Assembly (NCBI GenBank): GCA_965113315.1
Contig: OZ220366.1
DNA from: Podarcis vaucheri
Lineage: Eukaryota
Reading direction: 5' to 3' (one strand)
Length of the DNA stretch: 64,000 nt
Shown here: positions 25,447-39,482 of the stretch, in pieces
How the letters are laid out: every line of letters begins with the position of its first letter
Numbering within the stretch: the stretch's first letter is position 1
Position numbers and translations under genes: made by a program
Notes under the pieces: generated by a model
The model's database searches: none
What the model was told of the DNA's origin: nothing
What the model saw: the letters and a program-made list of their open reading frames with translations, nothing else

Positions 25447-28400
25447 TATTAATATATGTACCTTTGTCAGTTACTGGTGTTCACCCTTAGCTGGGCCACG
25501 ATCAGGGTGACTACACCACAAGAAAACAGAGACAGAAATCTGTCTTGAGGTGAACAACCGTAGGCTCCTTCTAGGTGCACACAAAAACCTTCTGTTGCTT
25601 TCTCTATGGCATGCTTTCCACGACTTGAGCAGTCCTGCATTCCTACAAGACACAATCATTTATGTTCTTTATTCCCGTTCTAAGAAACACCACAAATTTG
25701 ACAGGGTAGTTTTAACAGAGGGCTTCAAAAACCCGTCTGAAACTTATTAGAAATAAAGCTAACCTAAAGTTACAACAGTCAAAAGTTTGACCGAATTCTT
25801 CTTACATGCTGTTTTCTATATCTATCTGGCATGGCGACAGAATGGGGAGAAAACCACCCTTGCAGAGTGACTAATTTTTGTGACAGGGCTGTCTCTTGCT
25901 ATTAAGTTTCTCTTGCACCCTTTCTAGTCCCTTTCTATGAGGGGGGAAAAAGCCCTGCAAAGAACTTGAGACAAAATGACCCAAACTTGCCTAAAATGTA
26001 CTTTCTTATGTGAGGAGATTTATTAAAATGACACTATACTCTGTTGTAGAAGCATGCATCTGATGCTAATAGTTAAAGGCATTTTGGACCAATAAGTCAT
26101 TAGTCTGTGGAAAACAGAAAGCTTTGGCGGAAGCACATATTGTGCCTATAAACATCATCAGCCACCGTTCTCTGACTCTTGAGCACCACTTGAAACAACC
26201 TCTGTATGGTGACTGGTTCCCATGAAGGTTTTATATGCAGCAAATTGGACCCACTTCATGTAGACATTCTCCACCAGGCACTCCTAGTAGTAGCTGCTAG
26301 AGGTATGAAAGCAGTCAAAACAACTGATGGGACCCATCTGGAAGTCTTCACACATAACATTGCCACGTATTGTTTTGAGTTAAGTGGCACTGGTAATAAG
26401 TAGACCTGCCACCGGCCTAAGCATAGGAAACTTCTCCATCCAGAGTTGGCCCAATGTTCCTTACAGTGGCTAGCAGTAGCTCTCCAATGTTTGTCATAGG
26501 GCTGGATCCTTCCCTTAAAATTCTGGGTATCCTACTTCATGTCATTATGGTCCTGTGTACAACTGTCTTTGGCTCAAACTACTAAGCTCCATGCCTGGAT
26601 CTCCCGATGTCTCCTCCTTTCCCTAAAAGCAAACGCACCTTTTTGAAGCATGGTGTTTGAGATCAGAGCCATAGCATGTATTATGAAAGAATGCAGCTCA
26701 CAGCAGCACTGGGAGGGAGACGTTTTGCCCTGGTAAATTGCCTGCCCTGATCCAAATGGCCCTTCACCACATGGCTGCCTTTAAGAAGAATCACACATAT
26801 CCTGAAAAAGGTGAAGTTTGTCCTTTAATACTAGTTCTTGTTTAAGTATGCCAGTGCTGAGAACCCTCCAGTCTTGCCATTAGTGCAATAGCTATCCTTC
26901 AAACTGCTGTGTCATTTTCCCTTTGCCAGCTCCTGTGTGTCAAAGCAGTCCTGTATGAGAGTAATAACTGATAATAAGAGAGGGGTATTTGTTTCTTAGA
27001 AAGTGGAATGGAGTCATATTCTGAATTGATGCAGCTTGAACTCAGCAATGCTTAAAACCAGGTTCAAGTTGTAATGCTTTCTCAATCTCACATGAATTGC
27101 GTCTTTGTTTGAAAAAAGTTGTTTCGTTTCATGAATTATCGGCACTTTTTCTGATGGTTCCCTGAATTGGTGTTGTCAACCGACAACAGTGAAGACTCTG
27201 CCAATAGATACTCATTGGCTCCTTCTCTGCCACCTTTTAAACACCTGCTGATAACTTTTCTATTCTGCCAGCCCTAGGCAGGCCATTAAGAGTACATCCC
27301 CACAATTGTCTATAGATGTTTTTATTTATTTATTTATTATTGCTTTTAACTTGCTTTTAACTTTTTATGGCTTTAATGTCTGGTTTTTGTTTTATATTTT
27401 AAACCCCTGTGATAATTTTATTTTATGATGCATCAGCATATAAATATTTTAATAAATAACTGGTTTTCTTTGATAAAATCATTGCAGTAATACGTTTCTC
27501 AGAGATGGCAGGGTGAGCTAGCATATGGCTACAAACCAAAACGACTATGTTGTCCTTCCATTGTTGGAGGCAGTTTGCTTGGCCACTGCAAGAAGAGGAT
27601 GCTGGACTAGTTGGGTCATTGATCTGATCCAACAGGACTCTTTTTATTCAAGAAGACCATGTTTTTTTCTTTATTGTTTTCTATTCTCCCCTTGGTTTGA
27701 GGGTAAAATAAAATTTGATGCTCCATTCTAAGTCAGCTTTCTCTCTCTTCTATGACGGTCTTGCTCATTAGGCCACTTTGACTGAGTTTATTTATTTTTT
27801 TGCATAGCACCGTGCACTGAACAGGATCTGAATTGAAGCCACCTTTGGGCGTTGCTTCCTTTTTAAGGCATGCAGAGAAACCCTCTGTACATGTGTGCAC
27901 ACTTAGGGGTCCATGTAATACCCAGTTCCTCACATCCTCCCTGTCCATCATACTGAGAAGGGCATTTTGCTCATTAGAATAACAATGGTCCGTTTCCTTA
28001 CCTGTTTTTTTAATGGATGAATGGGAGTGAGGATATACTGACTTTTCTATAAACACTTGGATACACGTCTGCTTTTGTCCTCCAATTCTCCCTTCTCCTT
28101 CGTTCTGCTGCTCTTGCGTCTTCACCGTTCAGCACCTGGCAAATCCCTGGGTGATGCAAGCGGTTCTAGTCCCAGCTTGAACAATGGGAAGAGTTCCCAA
28201 GGAAACCTGCAAATTCAACAAAGATAACCCCAATGTGTCAGAAGCTCTACAGTGCGGAATGGTAATGCACTGTCCTTTCCATCCAAATTGGTAAGGGTAT
28301 CTAATTAATTTGGCAGAGTTTCCCAGCCCTCAATTACGGCATCTGTTGCAGCACGGAACAATCCAGAGCAACCATCTGTCTTTCTACATGTAAAATGAAT

Positions 28401-29341
28401 GGATGAGCAAAGATATAATTTTATTTTAGCAGCAGAGGGTAGGGACGAGCATGATACCCAGGCTGAAGCTGTACACTTCAAATTGTCAAGGTTAATTACC
28501 AGAGAAATATACAGAGCTGCATATTGGGCTGGAGTAGGCTTGGTGTTCCCTGCCAAAGCACAGTTGGAAGGAGATTAGCAACGAGCAAGTTATACAGGAT
28601 CATACAGGTTTCGTTATATTGGATGTATAAATCTCTTTACCTCTTCCAGCTAATCAGTGCTCATCCCGGTTCCCCACCTGAGGCCCATCTTTCTGCCAAG
28701 AGCATCTTGGGCAAGAGAAGCAAAGGGGAACTGTGCAACATCCGCTGCGTCTGGATGCAAACCCAGCATTTGACTGCAGCTGACCCACTCAGGGACTTGG
28801 AATTTAAGACCTGTTTTTGATAGCACCCATTTTGCATGTGGAAGTGGAGATACACAACAGCAGGCATGGTTGTGTGTGTGTGTGTTTTGGGTTTGATGAA
28901 AGCATCTCTGTGGGGTGTATGGAAATAAGCAATGAACTGTGGCTCCCGTACAGCAGAGGGAAGATCATGCGCAAACAGGTGCTGCGGATGTGTCTCTCAG
29001 GGCGTGGGAACAAGGGTCTAAAAGGTGAAAATGAGAGTGCAAACATGAGGCCTTATCAAACGGTTTTGAAGAGCATCAATAATCAGTTCAGGCAAAGAAC
29101 TAGATTCAGTCCACTCGTGCATCCACATGTGGTTTTGAAGGTGATTTTAGTGGGGCTTCTGCCTCCTGGCTCAGGTCTTTCTAGTTCTGGTAAACACATG
29201 TGTTTCACTTGTTGGACCAAGGCAATAGCTTCACCATCCTCCATCATGAGCTCAGACATGCAGTTGAAGGAGCTTTTGCCTTCAGATGAGCAAAACAGGA
29301 AACCTCTGCAAGTGTAGTGTTTTGGTTTGTATTGATCAGAA

Positions 29342-29594
29342 CATGGGTAGGCAAACTAAGGTCCAGGGGCCAGATCCAGCCCAATCGCCTTCTAAATCCG
29401 GCCTGTGGATGGTCCAGGAATCAGTGTTTTTTCATGAGTAGAATGTGTGCTTCTATTTAAAATGCGTCTCTGGGTTATTTGTGGGGCATAGGAATTCGTT
29501 CATCCCCCCCCCAAAAAAAATATATAGTCCGGCCCACCACAAGGTCTGAGGGACAGTGGAATGGCCCCCTGATGAAAAAGTTTGCTGACCCCTG
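29342..29594. mobile_element. hAT-Charlie-like MITE
   Basis: Ends CATGGGTAGGCAAACT / AGTTTGCTGACCCCTG, internal ggccc motifs, degenerate 8-bp flanks ending in AGAA. Confidence 0.7.
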
Positions 29595-31626
29595 CTTTAG
29601 AATATACAATGTGGTTTTCTCAGATCTTCAGCTGTTGTCACTACATACATCTGCAGCAAGTGTTGCCAGAGATGTTGATGTTGTTTAAACAATTTTCAAC
29701 AAGAAGGAATCATTCCAAAGCTCATGGTGTATAAAATAAAATACATAGGTTATTTTCGTCAGGGCTACATAAACCAGAAAACAAAACACAAACCGTTTAG
29801 ATTGCAATCCTGTGGCCCCTGAAAGGGCATCCCTGGGGCGATAGGATACATCAGATTGCTTTAAGTGCTCATGGAAATTCATTACCAATTTAGTGCAAAT
29901 TTCTCCCAATACAGACATTTTTCTAGGAAATTTTGCCTAATAAACATGTTTTGCAAAACAATTTCCCATAATATAAGACACCTGTGTATGTTTTATCACT
30001 GATATATGCATTTTTATGCACACTTATCCTAGTATATGTCTTTTTGTACAGGTTACTTGAACATAGAACTGCACTGCAAAATTCTGAGGTGTGAATTGCA
30101 AACGATGGTCAGTGTTTTTTTTAGTTTGCATATTGTTTCAGAAAGTGCAAATCTGGTAGGTTTGCTTTTAAATTCAGCCAGAAGCAAAGGGCAACAGGGT
30201 CATGGCTAAAGCAGAAAATCCCAGCTTGAGCTCCTTAGAGTTGCACTTAGAGTTGTATGCCCAGGCCTATCAGGAATGCTTTCGTACTGACAATATATCA
30301 GCACTCTTAGACCTTGTGTCTGTCAAACTGGAACATCCTGATTTAAATTTTATTTAGCCTTTATTGATTTTCCTTCTTTTTCTTAGCAAGGAGAAGGCAT
30401 GATGTATATTCCTGTGAGCTAGAAGGAATGGAGAAGCACGATTAAAAATGACCTACTTTAGTATGATAAATAATACGTCAGAAATTGAACAGATGGACCC
30501 CTGCTGCTACATTCAAGACTAATTTCTCACCCTTCTTCATGCTCAGGTTTGGTGCTACATTATAACTGCATCCTTCTAAGCCTTTCAGCTTGACCCATCT
30601 GATAGACAATGGTTCCTGTACTGAACACAGTATATTCTCTACAGCCATATTTATGCATGGTTATCTGTGTTAAATCAAACTCACTGAGGGTGGCCTGGGG
30701 GTTCCCCTGTAACTGGTGGCTTCACCTTTGACTCTGAAAGAGTCTTCAAGCTACATTCAGTTGAATGCATCAGCACACAGGCTCCTATTGGAAATCCTGA
30801 ATGTTTTCAGATGCCTCTTTTACACAACGGGAAGTGAAGCTGGTGGGGAGGAGGACATTGGCAGTGGCGTGCACCCCCCCTTTCCCCCATGCAGCTTTAT
30901 TTCAGCACAGAGAACTTAATGTAGGGTCCGCCAGCGTGGTGCCAGGGTGCCTGCTGGTATCTCCTGTGGTGCCTGAGAAATGTCTAATTACGTATCCCCT
31001 CAAAAATCTACATTGTGTTAAAGATTCTTTGCTCTTCCTGTGCAGTTCCTGTTTGCACTGGCTCACCCTTTCATACATAAAACACTCTCTTAAATAAGCC
31101 CACATCTCAGTGGATGCCAGCATATTCAGTGGACACTCTCTCTTCTGTTCCGAACAAAGAAGAGGTACACGGAGCTTCTCTTTTTGAGTGTTGCATTGGC
31201 TGATGTAGGCACCTTTCCCCTGTTGCACGTGCCCACACTAATTTGTGGCCCAATCTCTTTGTCTGCTCCTTTAGGTGTGGAAGCCATTTTGTGTTGCCCC
31301 ACATTCCCATGGCAACCATTTTGTGTTATGCTACACTCCCATGGCAGCCATCAAAGTTCCAAATGTGCCCACTGGCCACGAAAGGTTAGAAACCCCGATA
31401 TAATACCTGAATATTGCTACCATTATGTTTTTATATGGTTGGAAGTCGCCCAGTGTGGATGGGGCAACCCAGCCAGATGGGCAGGGTATAAATAAGAAAA
31501 TTTTGATCATCATCATGTATGTATATTGCTGGCGCGTACTTAAATTGTGCCCATAGTGGTACCCATTTGCCTGATTGCCACTGAAAACCTTACTTTATTA
31601 TTAGTAATAACAATTAAATTTCTGTA

Positions 31627-31875
31627 CAGTGGTACCTCAGGTTACATACGCTTCAGGTTACATACGCTTCAGGTTACATATGCTTCAGGTTACAGACTCA
31701 GAAATAGTACCTCGGGTTAAGAACTTTGCTTCAGGATGAGAACAGAAATCGTGCTCCAGCAGCGTGGCGGCAGCAGGAGGCCCCATTAGCTAAAGTGGTG
31801 CTTCATGTTAATAACAGTTTCAGGTTAAGAACAGACCTCCGGAACGAATTAAATACTTAACCTGAGGTACCACTG
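31627..31875. mobile_element. Tc1/mariner MITE, same family as 25206-25446 in the opposite orientation
   Basis: Same TIRs and TA TSD, with an internal tandem of ggttacatacgcttca. Confidence 0.88.
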
Positions 31876-32886
31876 TACTGCCCTTCATCTGAGAATCACA
31901 GGTGGTTTACAACATAAAAACACAGAAATATATAACATAGTAACAAACAAAACAACATCCCTCACTATTTTGTGGCTACTAAATTGTGACATCTCCAAAT
32001 TTCAAGTAATTTTGAGTCTTTTATTTTTATTTTTGGACAGCTGCATTACGCCACGCTGCAGAATTCCATAATGTTTTTGTGCTATTGTTCATGGCTTGTT
32101 TAATGCATGTTATCTAGTAAACATTCACTTAGGTTTGCTCACAATTCAGTACATCCTCCTTGAGAATGAACTATTCAAAATAATTATATTGCTAATTAAA
32201 GGGAAAGAGAAAAAAGGACAGACAAATTATTTTGAACTTAATCTTTGAAAATCTCTTTGGTGGGGAAGATCATCACAATCCAAATGTAGGGTTACCATAT
32301 GGCTGGAATTTCCCAGACATATCCGGAATACCGCAACAACTTTTCTGTCCAGATTTTCACTGTTTGAATGGCAACCCTACCAAATGCATTTCTGTGGTAT
32401 TTTATTTGTTTTGCTTATTCACTACCATTCACCCTCCACAGCTAATTAACACAAAATATTATACTTATTTCCTGAGCCAGATTTCCCTTTCCTATACAAG
32501 GGATCAAAGAATCATGTCTGGTAGGTAGACCAGCTTTTCCTAACCTGGTGCCTTTTAGATGCAGGACTACAACTCCCATTATCACTTGCTATTGGCCATG
32601 CTGATGAAAGTTGTCCAAAACATCTGGAGTGCACCTGATTGGGGAAGGCTGTTGTAAACGAACTCATTTATATCAGTAGAATCTGTGCACACTTCCTGTG
32701 CCCCTTTCAATTCCGTCCATCCCCATAGGTTTCTAAAGCCCCTCAGAATTGAAAACACAAGTTGTCATGTCCTATCTCCACTAGTGCCAAGTGAAATGTC
32801 AAATTCTTCTGAATACTTGTTTGTGGCAAATTGGTGTGAAAAGAACTAATGATAATGGATGGATCCCCCTACCCCATGTACACGGA

Positions 32887-33133
32887 CAGTGGTTCCTTGG
32901 TTCTCAAATTTAATCTGTTCTGAGAGTTCGTTTGACTCCTGGAACTTGTTCAAAAACCAAGGCTTCTGATTGGCTGCAGGAGCTTCCTGCAGCCAATCGG
33001 AAGCCGTGTAAACCACATTGGTTGTTCGGCTTTCAAAGGACATTCGCAAACCAGAACACTCACTTCTGGGTTTGTGGCATTGGGGAGCCGATTTTTTTGA
33101 CAACCAAGGTGTTCAACAACCAAGGTACCACTG
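32887..33133. mobile_element. Related Tc1/mariner MITE
   Basis: Ends CAGTGGTTCCTTGGTT / AACCAAGGTACCACTG-TA and an internal hairpin (gattggctgcagga...tcctgcagccaatc). Confidence 0.8.
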
Positions 33134-36100
33134 TATTTAAAATCCGCTTTGAGTTCCCGCCCCAAACAAACAATCAACCAGTGTATAAATTTTATGAAAT
33201 AAATAAACGTAACCTCTTGCTGTCATATGAGGAGTTTTGCTGGACTGAGACCGCTGTGTTGGGATGGAACTTGACACAGTTGAATGGGCATTGGATCTAA
33301 TCGGTTGTCATGCGGAAACAACCGCTTTTCAGTGCTATCATCCAGCTGGCATGTGTCTTTAGTGCACAACTGGTAAAGTGGAACACATCTTGTTGACGAA
33401 GATCCCCTTTCCATAAAAAGTAACAAACCAAAATCATGGCAGAAAAATAATTGACACTTCACATCCATTATACATTTGTACCATTTCCAAAGATGGTGTA
33501 AATCCAACCTGACATGGCACATATGGAAAATACGTTTTCCTTATTGCTCTGAAAATAACGTTGGAAGTGCTTTTAATGTAACATAAACTTTGGCCTACAG
33601 GCAAAGGATTCTTAAGCCTGTCTTCCCAAGAGTAGCAACACTGTTGGCAGAGGTTTCCTTTTATGCATTTTGGCTGCTTACTCTTGTATACAAGGACCCA
33701 GGCAGAATCAGGGAATAATTTGTTGTTTGTGCTTAGCAGGAAAGGGTTAACAAGTGTTTTGTGTGTGCCTGATTCACGGGGGGGATTTAAACTGCAGGAA
33801 ACAGAGCAGTGGTGCAATGTAGATAATTTTAGACCCTGGACTCTGGTGCTATTTGTGTGTGTTGCAGGGAAGTGCTCTTAGGTGTATTACTTCACTCCCG
33901 ATTGTGGCAAGCCAGCTGTACTATATTGGGAGGGGAGGGCTTCCTGCTCTTTCTGCAGAGGGGAGCCATGGACTTCTGCCTGGAAGTCTTGTACTGACAG
34001 CACCATTGCAGCAGAATTAATGCTGGCTGGGCCTTCAGCCCTAGCTGCTGTTGTAACCTGTAGCCTAACCATCATCCAGATCCAAAGAAAAGGTGCGTGA
34101 ATGTGCACGCAAGGACTGATGTGATTTAGTACCTGCCGACTAGTTTTCCATACGAAACTCTACATAGTAGTGATTGGTTTGGGTTCCACAGGGCGGATGT
34201 TTCTATCTTCCCAACGTGAGAATGGACAATGGCAAATAACTGGAGTGCAGACATGAGTAAATAAGTATGACGCGTTGCCTGCCTGAGGTATGAGCAGCTA
34301 GAATACAAAACAGGAATACAGTGGAACAAGTAGGAGGCAGCTGTTTATTGTGGAAGATGCATACATTTTTGGCCGATGTAATCTGCTGAAAGCATGCAGG
34401 TGAATGAGCTGTTGACAGTGTGACATTATTAGGACCAGGGGTGCCAAAGTAGATGGAGGGCCAGATCTAGATTTGGGATTTATTCCCTAACTGTTGCTTG
34501 GTCAAGTACTGCTGATCGGAGATGCCAATTTTGGAATCAGTAGGGGGATCATTTCACATGGGTGAAATGCCTGCTTTGAGATATATTCAGGATTCAAGAT
34601 TTGATTCTAGTCACACTTATGTAGGAGCAAGCCTCACAGTACACAGTAGGATTTGTGTACTGAGTCAACATGCGTAGGATTGTGCCTAACTTGCAAAAAA
34701 GGAGAGGCCGTTTTTTCTAGCTCCATATCTTTTGGCCCTCTCAAATAGCACCTCTGCAGTTGGTCAGTAGCTGTTTCAGATTGGGCCATCTCCCAGATAA
34801 CACCTAAGAGAATTGTAATGTTTGAGTATAGAGATGCTAACTTGTCAAATTCAATGGGAAAGTAGGATGCTGCCAGGATAACGATATCCCTATAGCAGCC
34901 GCTTGAATTCTGTGAAACACAGTAAACAGAACTGGGGATGGAAGCATTATAGTTTATATCATATGTCTGGAATTATTACTTTGGCAGGAGTGAGGTGGGC
35001 GCAGGTGGCATTCAAATGCCCCATTAGGTGCATGAGCAAATTCATACTTGGCAGTTAGCTGCCCTCTGTCAAACTGCAGTTTAAGGTTTCCGAACGCTAA
35101 ATGCCGCTGTGGCAGCCACTCACACGTCTACAGGCGTTCAAGTCTTGGGAGCTTGCATTTTATCTATGATCCAAGTACAACTCTGTAGGCAGACACAAGC
35201 TCCCAAGTCCATTCATTTCATGTGTGTGTTTGTCATTTTGGAATACTCAAGTCTGGCTCCCCATGATATTGTGCTTGTTGCCATTTCTTTGAATGCTTTA
35301 AAAATACACATTAAAAATTGTTCTGTTGTATTTTACTGGGAATCAAATGTGGGGCACCTGCCAAAAAGTGAATAAGGGGGGGGGACCCTTTGGGTACAAT
35401 ATGTAACAGTTTGAGATGTCTCTCTCTCTCTCTCCCCAACCCCCACTTACAATATTTTTCTGATTTAATCATGAAATGTCCCACTTTTCTTTAGGACGTC
35501 CCTATTTTCCTTGGAGAAAATAGGGACATGACCTCAGTAAGGGTATGACCTTAGTCACTTCACAGTTCCAGGATACACATGACAGGGTCCTTTTTGCATA
35601 CCCCCAGGGGAAGCCATGCCACATCAAGATGGGGGCCAATGTCACATAACTGTGGAATGGGGCCCTGGGTGCAGTCTCACTGCCCCTTTCTTTGAAAGGC
35701 CTTTTGTTGCTTGTATAGACCAGACTTGACTACTGAAAATTCTAATGGCTCCCTCAAAGACAGCCAGAGGAAGCTGGAGGGGATTGCACAGCTATCTGTT
35801 CCATCTCTTGTTTACCTTTTCTTTCATTGGCAGCTGATTGCGGTTGCTCTTCCCAACTCCTTGGGAAAAAATAGCCACTAACTGAGAGAGATTTATGTGT
35901 CAACAGCGGAGAAAGGTGGTCAGTGGAGCTACGAGAAGCATGAATACTGGAGAAAGGTGATCAATGGGTCTACAATCCCTTCCAACTTTCTCCTTGAAGA
36001 ATCTACATAATTCTCATCAGTCAGAGTCTTGCTCTTCTTCAGAACAGTTCCATGTGATGAGGTAACACGCAGCCAGGGTCTCAGTACATGGGAAGCTGCA

Positions 36101-38409
36101 GTGGGTTAGGAAAGCATTTCAATCTTCCAACCCTGTTGAGGTCCCAACTAAAAAGGATGTGGAAAGTTATCGTTACAGGGCACAATGAGACATCCTACAG
36201 GGAAGTGTTGCAGAAAATTCTTCTGGTCCAGTTAAGATAAATCAACCTGACAATGTCAGAAGTGACTATCAGACACTTGCTGGTACAAAGGGAGCGGAAA
36301 GAAGACATCTCTTTAGGGACAAGAGAGGTAGAATCAAAACAAAAAGCAGAATGTCATCTGATACCATAGGACAGCCGACACGAAGTCTGAGGTCGAGTCA
36401 TGTCAGCTAAAGACAGCTCTGAAATCTGGCTAGGAGGTTTGCTTGAACCACTTTCTTAGGCAATCAGTGAGATTTTGGAAGCAAGCAGGCAGAAGGAGGT
36501 TAGATATTGACTGCTGTCTTGTTCTTCAATTAGGAACCTGTGAGCTGTGAGTATTGGCAATATGATATTCCAGGGCCCGAGGATTCCCCTTAGACTTCCA
36601 ATATCTTGCCCCCAACATGTCTGGTCTACAGGGTTAACTTGCCTCTCCTGTACCCAGTACCTTCCTTATTTTGTTCATTAAGTCTAAACATGAACAAGGA
36701 GCAAGTTAGTGTCTAGAAACTCATGCTTTGCAAATGGTGTTTACCTGAACAGAGGTGTGGCTATGTTGAGATTTTCCACTGCTGGCCAGGGAGCTCTGTG
36801 AATAACCTCCTAAGAATTATCAGCACCATTAACAAACTACAGTTCCTAGGATTCTTTTGGTGGACGCCATGACTGGTATAAGAGTGCTTTAAAAGTATGT
36901 TGCAGATGTGACACCTTATTTTATTGACCCATGTGAAGTGGAGATAAGCAGGAGGGTGGAGCAGGCGATAAAACGAGCATTCTGGGGTTTGCATCTTGGA
37001 TCAGCCCAGAGCAAATATTAAGGAATGGGAAGTTAGGAGGACATCCTATATATACACACCAGCATAGTCTTGTCACAGGGCTGGGTGGAATGCTTAAATA
37101 GTTAACAAGAAGTGCCGCGATTATGTAAGTGTGTTTTAAAATCTTGGAGTGAGCATGAAGTCTCATTCCTAAGGGCATAAACTAACTGCTAACCAAGGAG
37201 GAGGGGGAGAAAAAAACACACACCATCCCTTGTGGCGAGGTCATTCTATAAATGCCTGCTGCCAAGTCTGTAAAGTGCTCTGGAAGCTTTGCATGAAAAA
37301 GAATTCACAAGTATTTGGGGAAGCAGGGAGGGGAGGAAAAGGATGCTGAATGGCCTATTAGGCATCCTATTAGGTCTTTCTTTCCAGTCTCAGAATGTCA
37401 GTCGAGTTGTTTACATAGTGCCGCACCAAAATTGTACAGCAAAAAGGGAAAAAGAGATACCTGAGTTTTATCACATGGCCATAGGAGCCAACTCCTAGGG
37501 GCTGAGGTCCCCTCCTTGAAATATTTGAGGGGGCCAGTTCCCCCACCCCCCAAAAAGTTGATGGGCATTGTCATTCAAGTGTCGCGTCATGTGAGCAATA
37601 ATTTGAGGTGGGGCTTACCTGTCCTACAATGTTTTATTCAGGTTGGCCCTCAACTGCAACTTATTTGTAACATTTCAAAGGCATTCAAGTTTGTAAAAGT
37701 ATGAGGTAAACAGTTAGACAAGGAGACCTCAGTTGTGAGTTAATATGTAAAGGATCGGGCTGTAGGTCACATATACAACAGAGCAACGAAAGATTCTTAT
37801 TGAATGCTGTTTGTAGGTAGGCATGTTTCACAGGAAATCATTAGTGCACTGATTTGATTTGAATGTACTAACTTATTTCCCATAAAGCTCCTGCAATTTG
37901 GGGCAAACAATGAGCACTTCTGGTGGAAGATTAGCCCAAGGTACTTAGGAACGGCTGAACTGGAGGTTTAGCCGCCTCAGAGTAATCTCCAGAAATATAT
38001 AAACTCTGGAATGAAGCTAATTAAAGCCTCCAAAATCCTTAACCCTACCACTTCTGAGAAGGGTTTGGGAAATCTTTAAGATCTTTAGAGAGAATTTAGT
38101 CTAGGTGCTCAGCTGAAAAGAGCACTGCTGAGAGACACACTTCTTTGGGAGAATTTACTACAAGAAAAGGGGTGGGTGGGAAAACTGTTTGGATGAAAGA
38201 GTATAGGTGTTGGACTGTCACATATGTGTTCTGGCGATGTAGAAGGGAGAGATTCTGCCCCCAATGAGCAGATTCCTTGCTCCATTGTTTTAAGCCTGTT
38301 TAACAGTTTGATCATAGCCTTATGCTCACTTTAAAAACAACACCCAAATGATTAAATGCCTTTACTGACAGCAGTACCCCAAGGTCTCAGGCATGCGTCT
38401 TTCCCTTAG

Positions 38410-38763
38410 GTAAAGATAAACGGGCAACTGACCATTAGGTCCAGTCGTGGCTGACTCTGGGGTTGCGGTGCTCATCTCGCTTTATTGGCCCGGGGAGCCG
38501 GCGTACAACTTCTGGGTCATGTGGCCAGTATGACTAAGCCGCTTCTGGCGAACCAGAGCAGTGCATGGAAACGCCGTTTACCTTCCCGCTGGAGCGGTAC
38601 CTATTTATCTACTTGCACTTTGACGTGCTTTTGAACTGCTAGGTTGGCAGGAGCAGGGATCAAGCAACGGGAGCTCACCCTGTTGCGGGGATTCAAACCA
38701 CCAACCTTCTGATCGGCAAGTCCTAGGCTCTGTGGTTTAACCCACAGCACCACCCGCGTCCCT
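38410..38763 (-). mobile_element. Sauria-type SINE, full length
   Basis: Closely similar to 21135-21492, with a 13-bp TSD GTCTTTCCCTTAG (38397-38409, 38764-38776). Confidence 0.9.
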
Positions 38764-39006
38764 GTCTTTCCCTTAGAGATCCTTTCTCTAGAAGAGCATG
38801 CAAAACATGTACTCTCCTACTGAGCTAAGGCTCCCTCCTGCCTGAAAGAGGAAGAACAGGGCAGCCATTGATTAACCAGTGCCACTTTTCAACGGGAAGG
38901 GAATCACAGGCTGTGAGGCCCGATGTGGCCCTCAATATCTCTTTGTATGGCCCTTAGGGACTTTTTCCAGGCTACATTTCCTCCCCAGCCACACAGCCCT
39001 CTTCAC

Positions 39007-39482
39007 CAGTGGCGTCACAACGGGGGCTGGGGGTGGGGCAGTGCACCTCGGGTTCCACATCTGGGAGCGTGACAAGGCGGCACCCCGCGGGGTGCTTGCC
39101 CTGCCGCCCCGGCCCGGGCATGGCGGCGGGAGCAGCCATCACGCCACTACAGCCACATGTGGAGGATCCTCCGTTCGTGGCTGCAGCTGTGAGCAGAGGA
39201 TCCCGGTGCCGGTGGCAAACCACTATGTACAGTGCATGTGCAGCATCGCATGCATGCGTCACACATAACAATGCCACACATGCGTTGTACATAGCAGTTT
39301 GTCACCAGCGCCACTGTATGGACGGCAGTGGGATTCTGGCACTGAGTGCCGCCGCCAAACCGCTATGTACAGCGCATGGGCGTCGCCGCTACGTACAGCG
39401 CATGCGTTATACATAACACCGCACATGCGCCCTATGTAGCGACGCCCCACCTCAGGTGTCACGATGCCTTCGTTCACACCTG
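39007..39482. mobile_element. CpG-rich hAT-like non-autonomous element nested in an older hAT-Charlie-like element (about 38875-39698)
   Basis: 8-bp TSD CTCTTCAC (38999-39006, 39483-39490), CAG...CTG termini and internal inverted repeats. Confidence 0.7.

Noticed and set aside
28817-29317. 166-aa ORF (and an open stretch on the opposite strand)
   Set aside because: No recognisable homology, it includes a TG microsatellite, and I found no convincing splice or start context.
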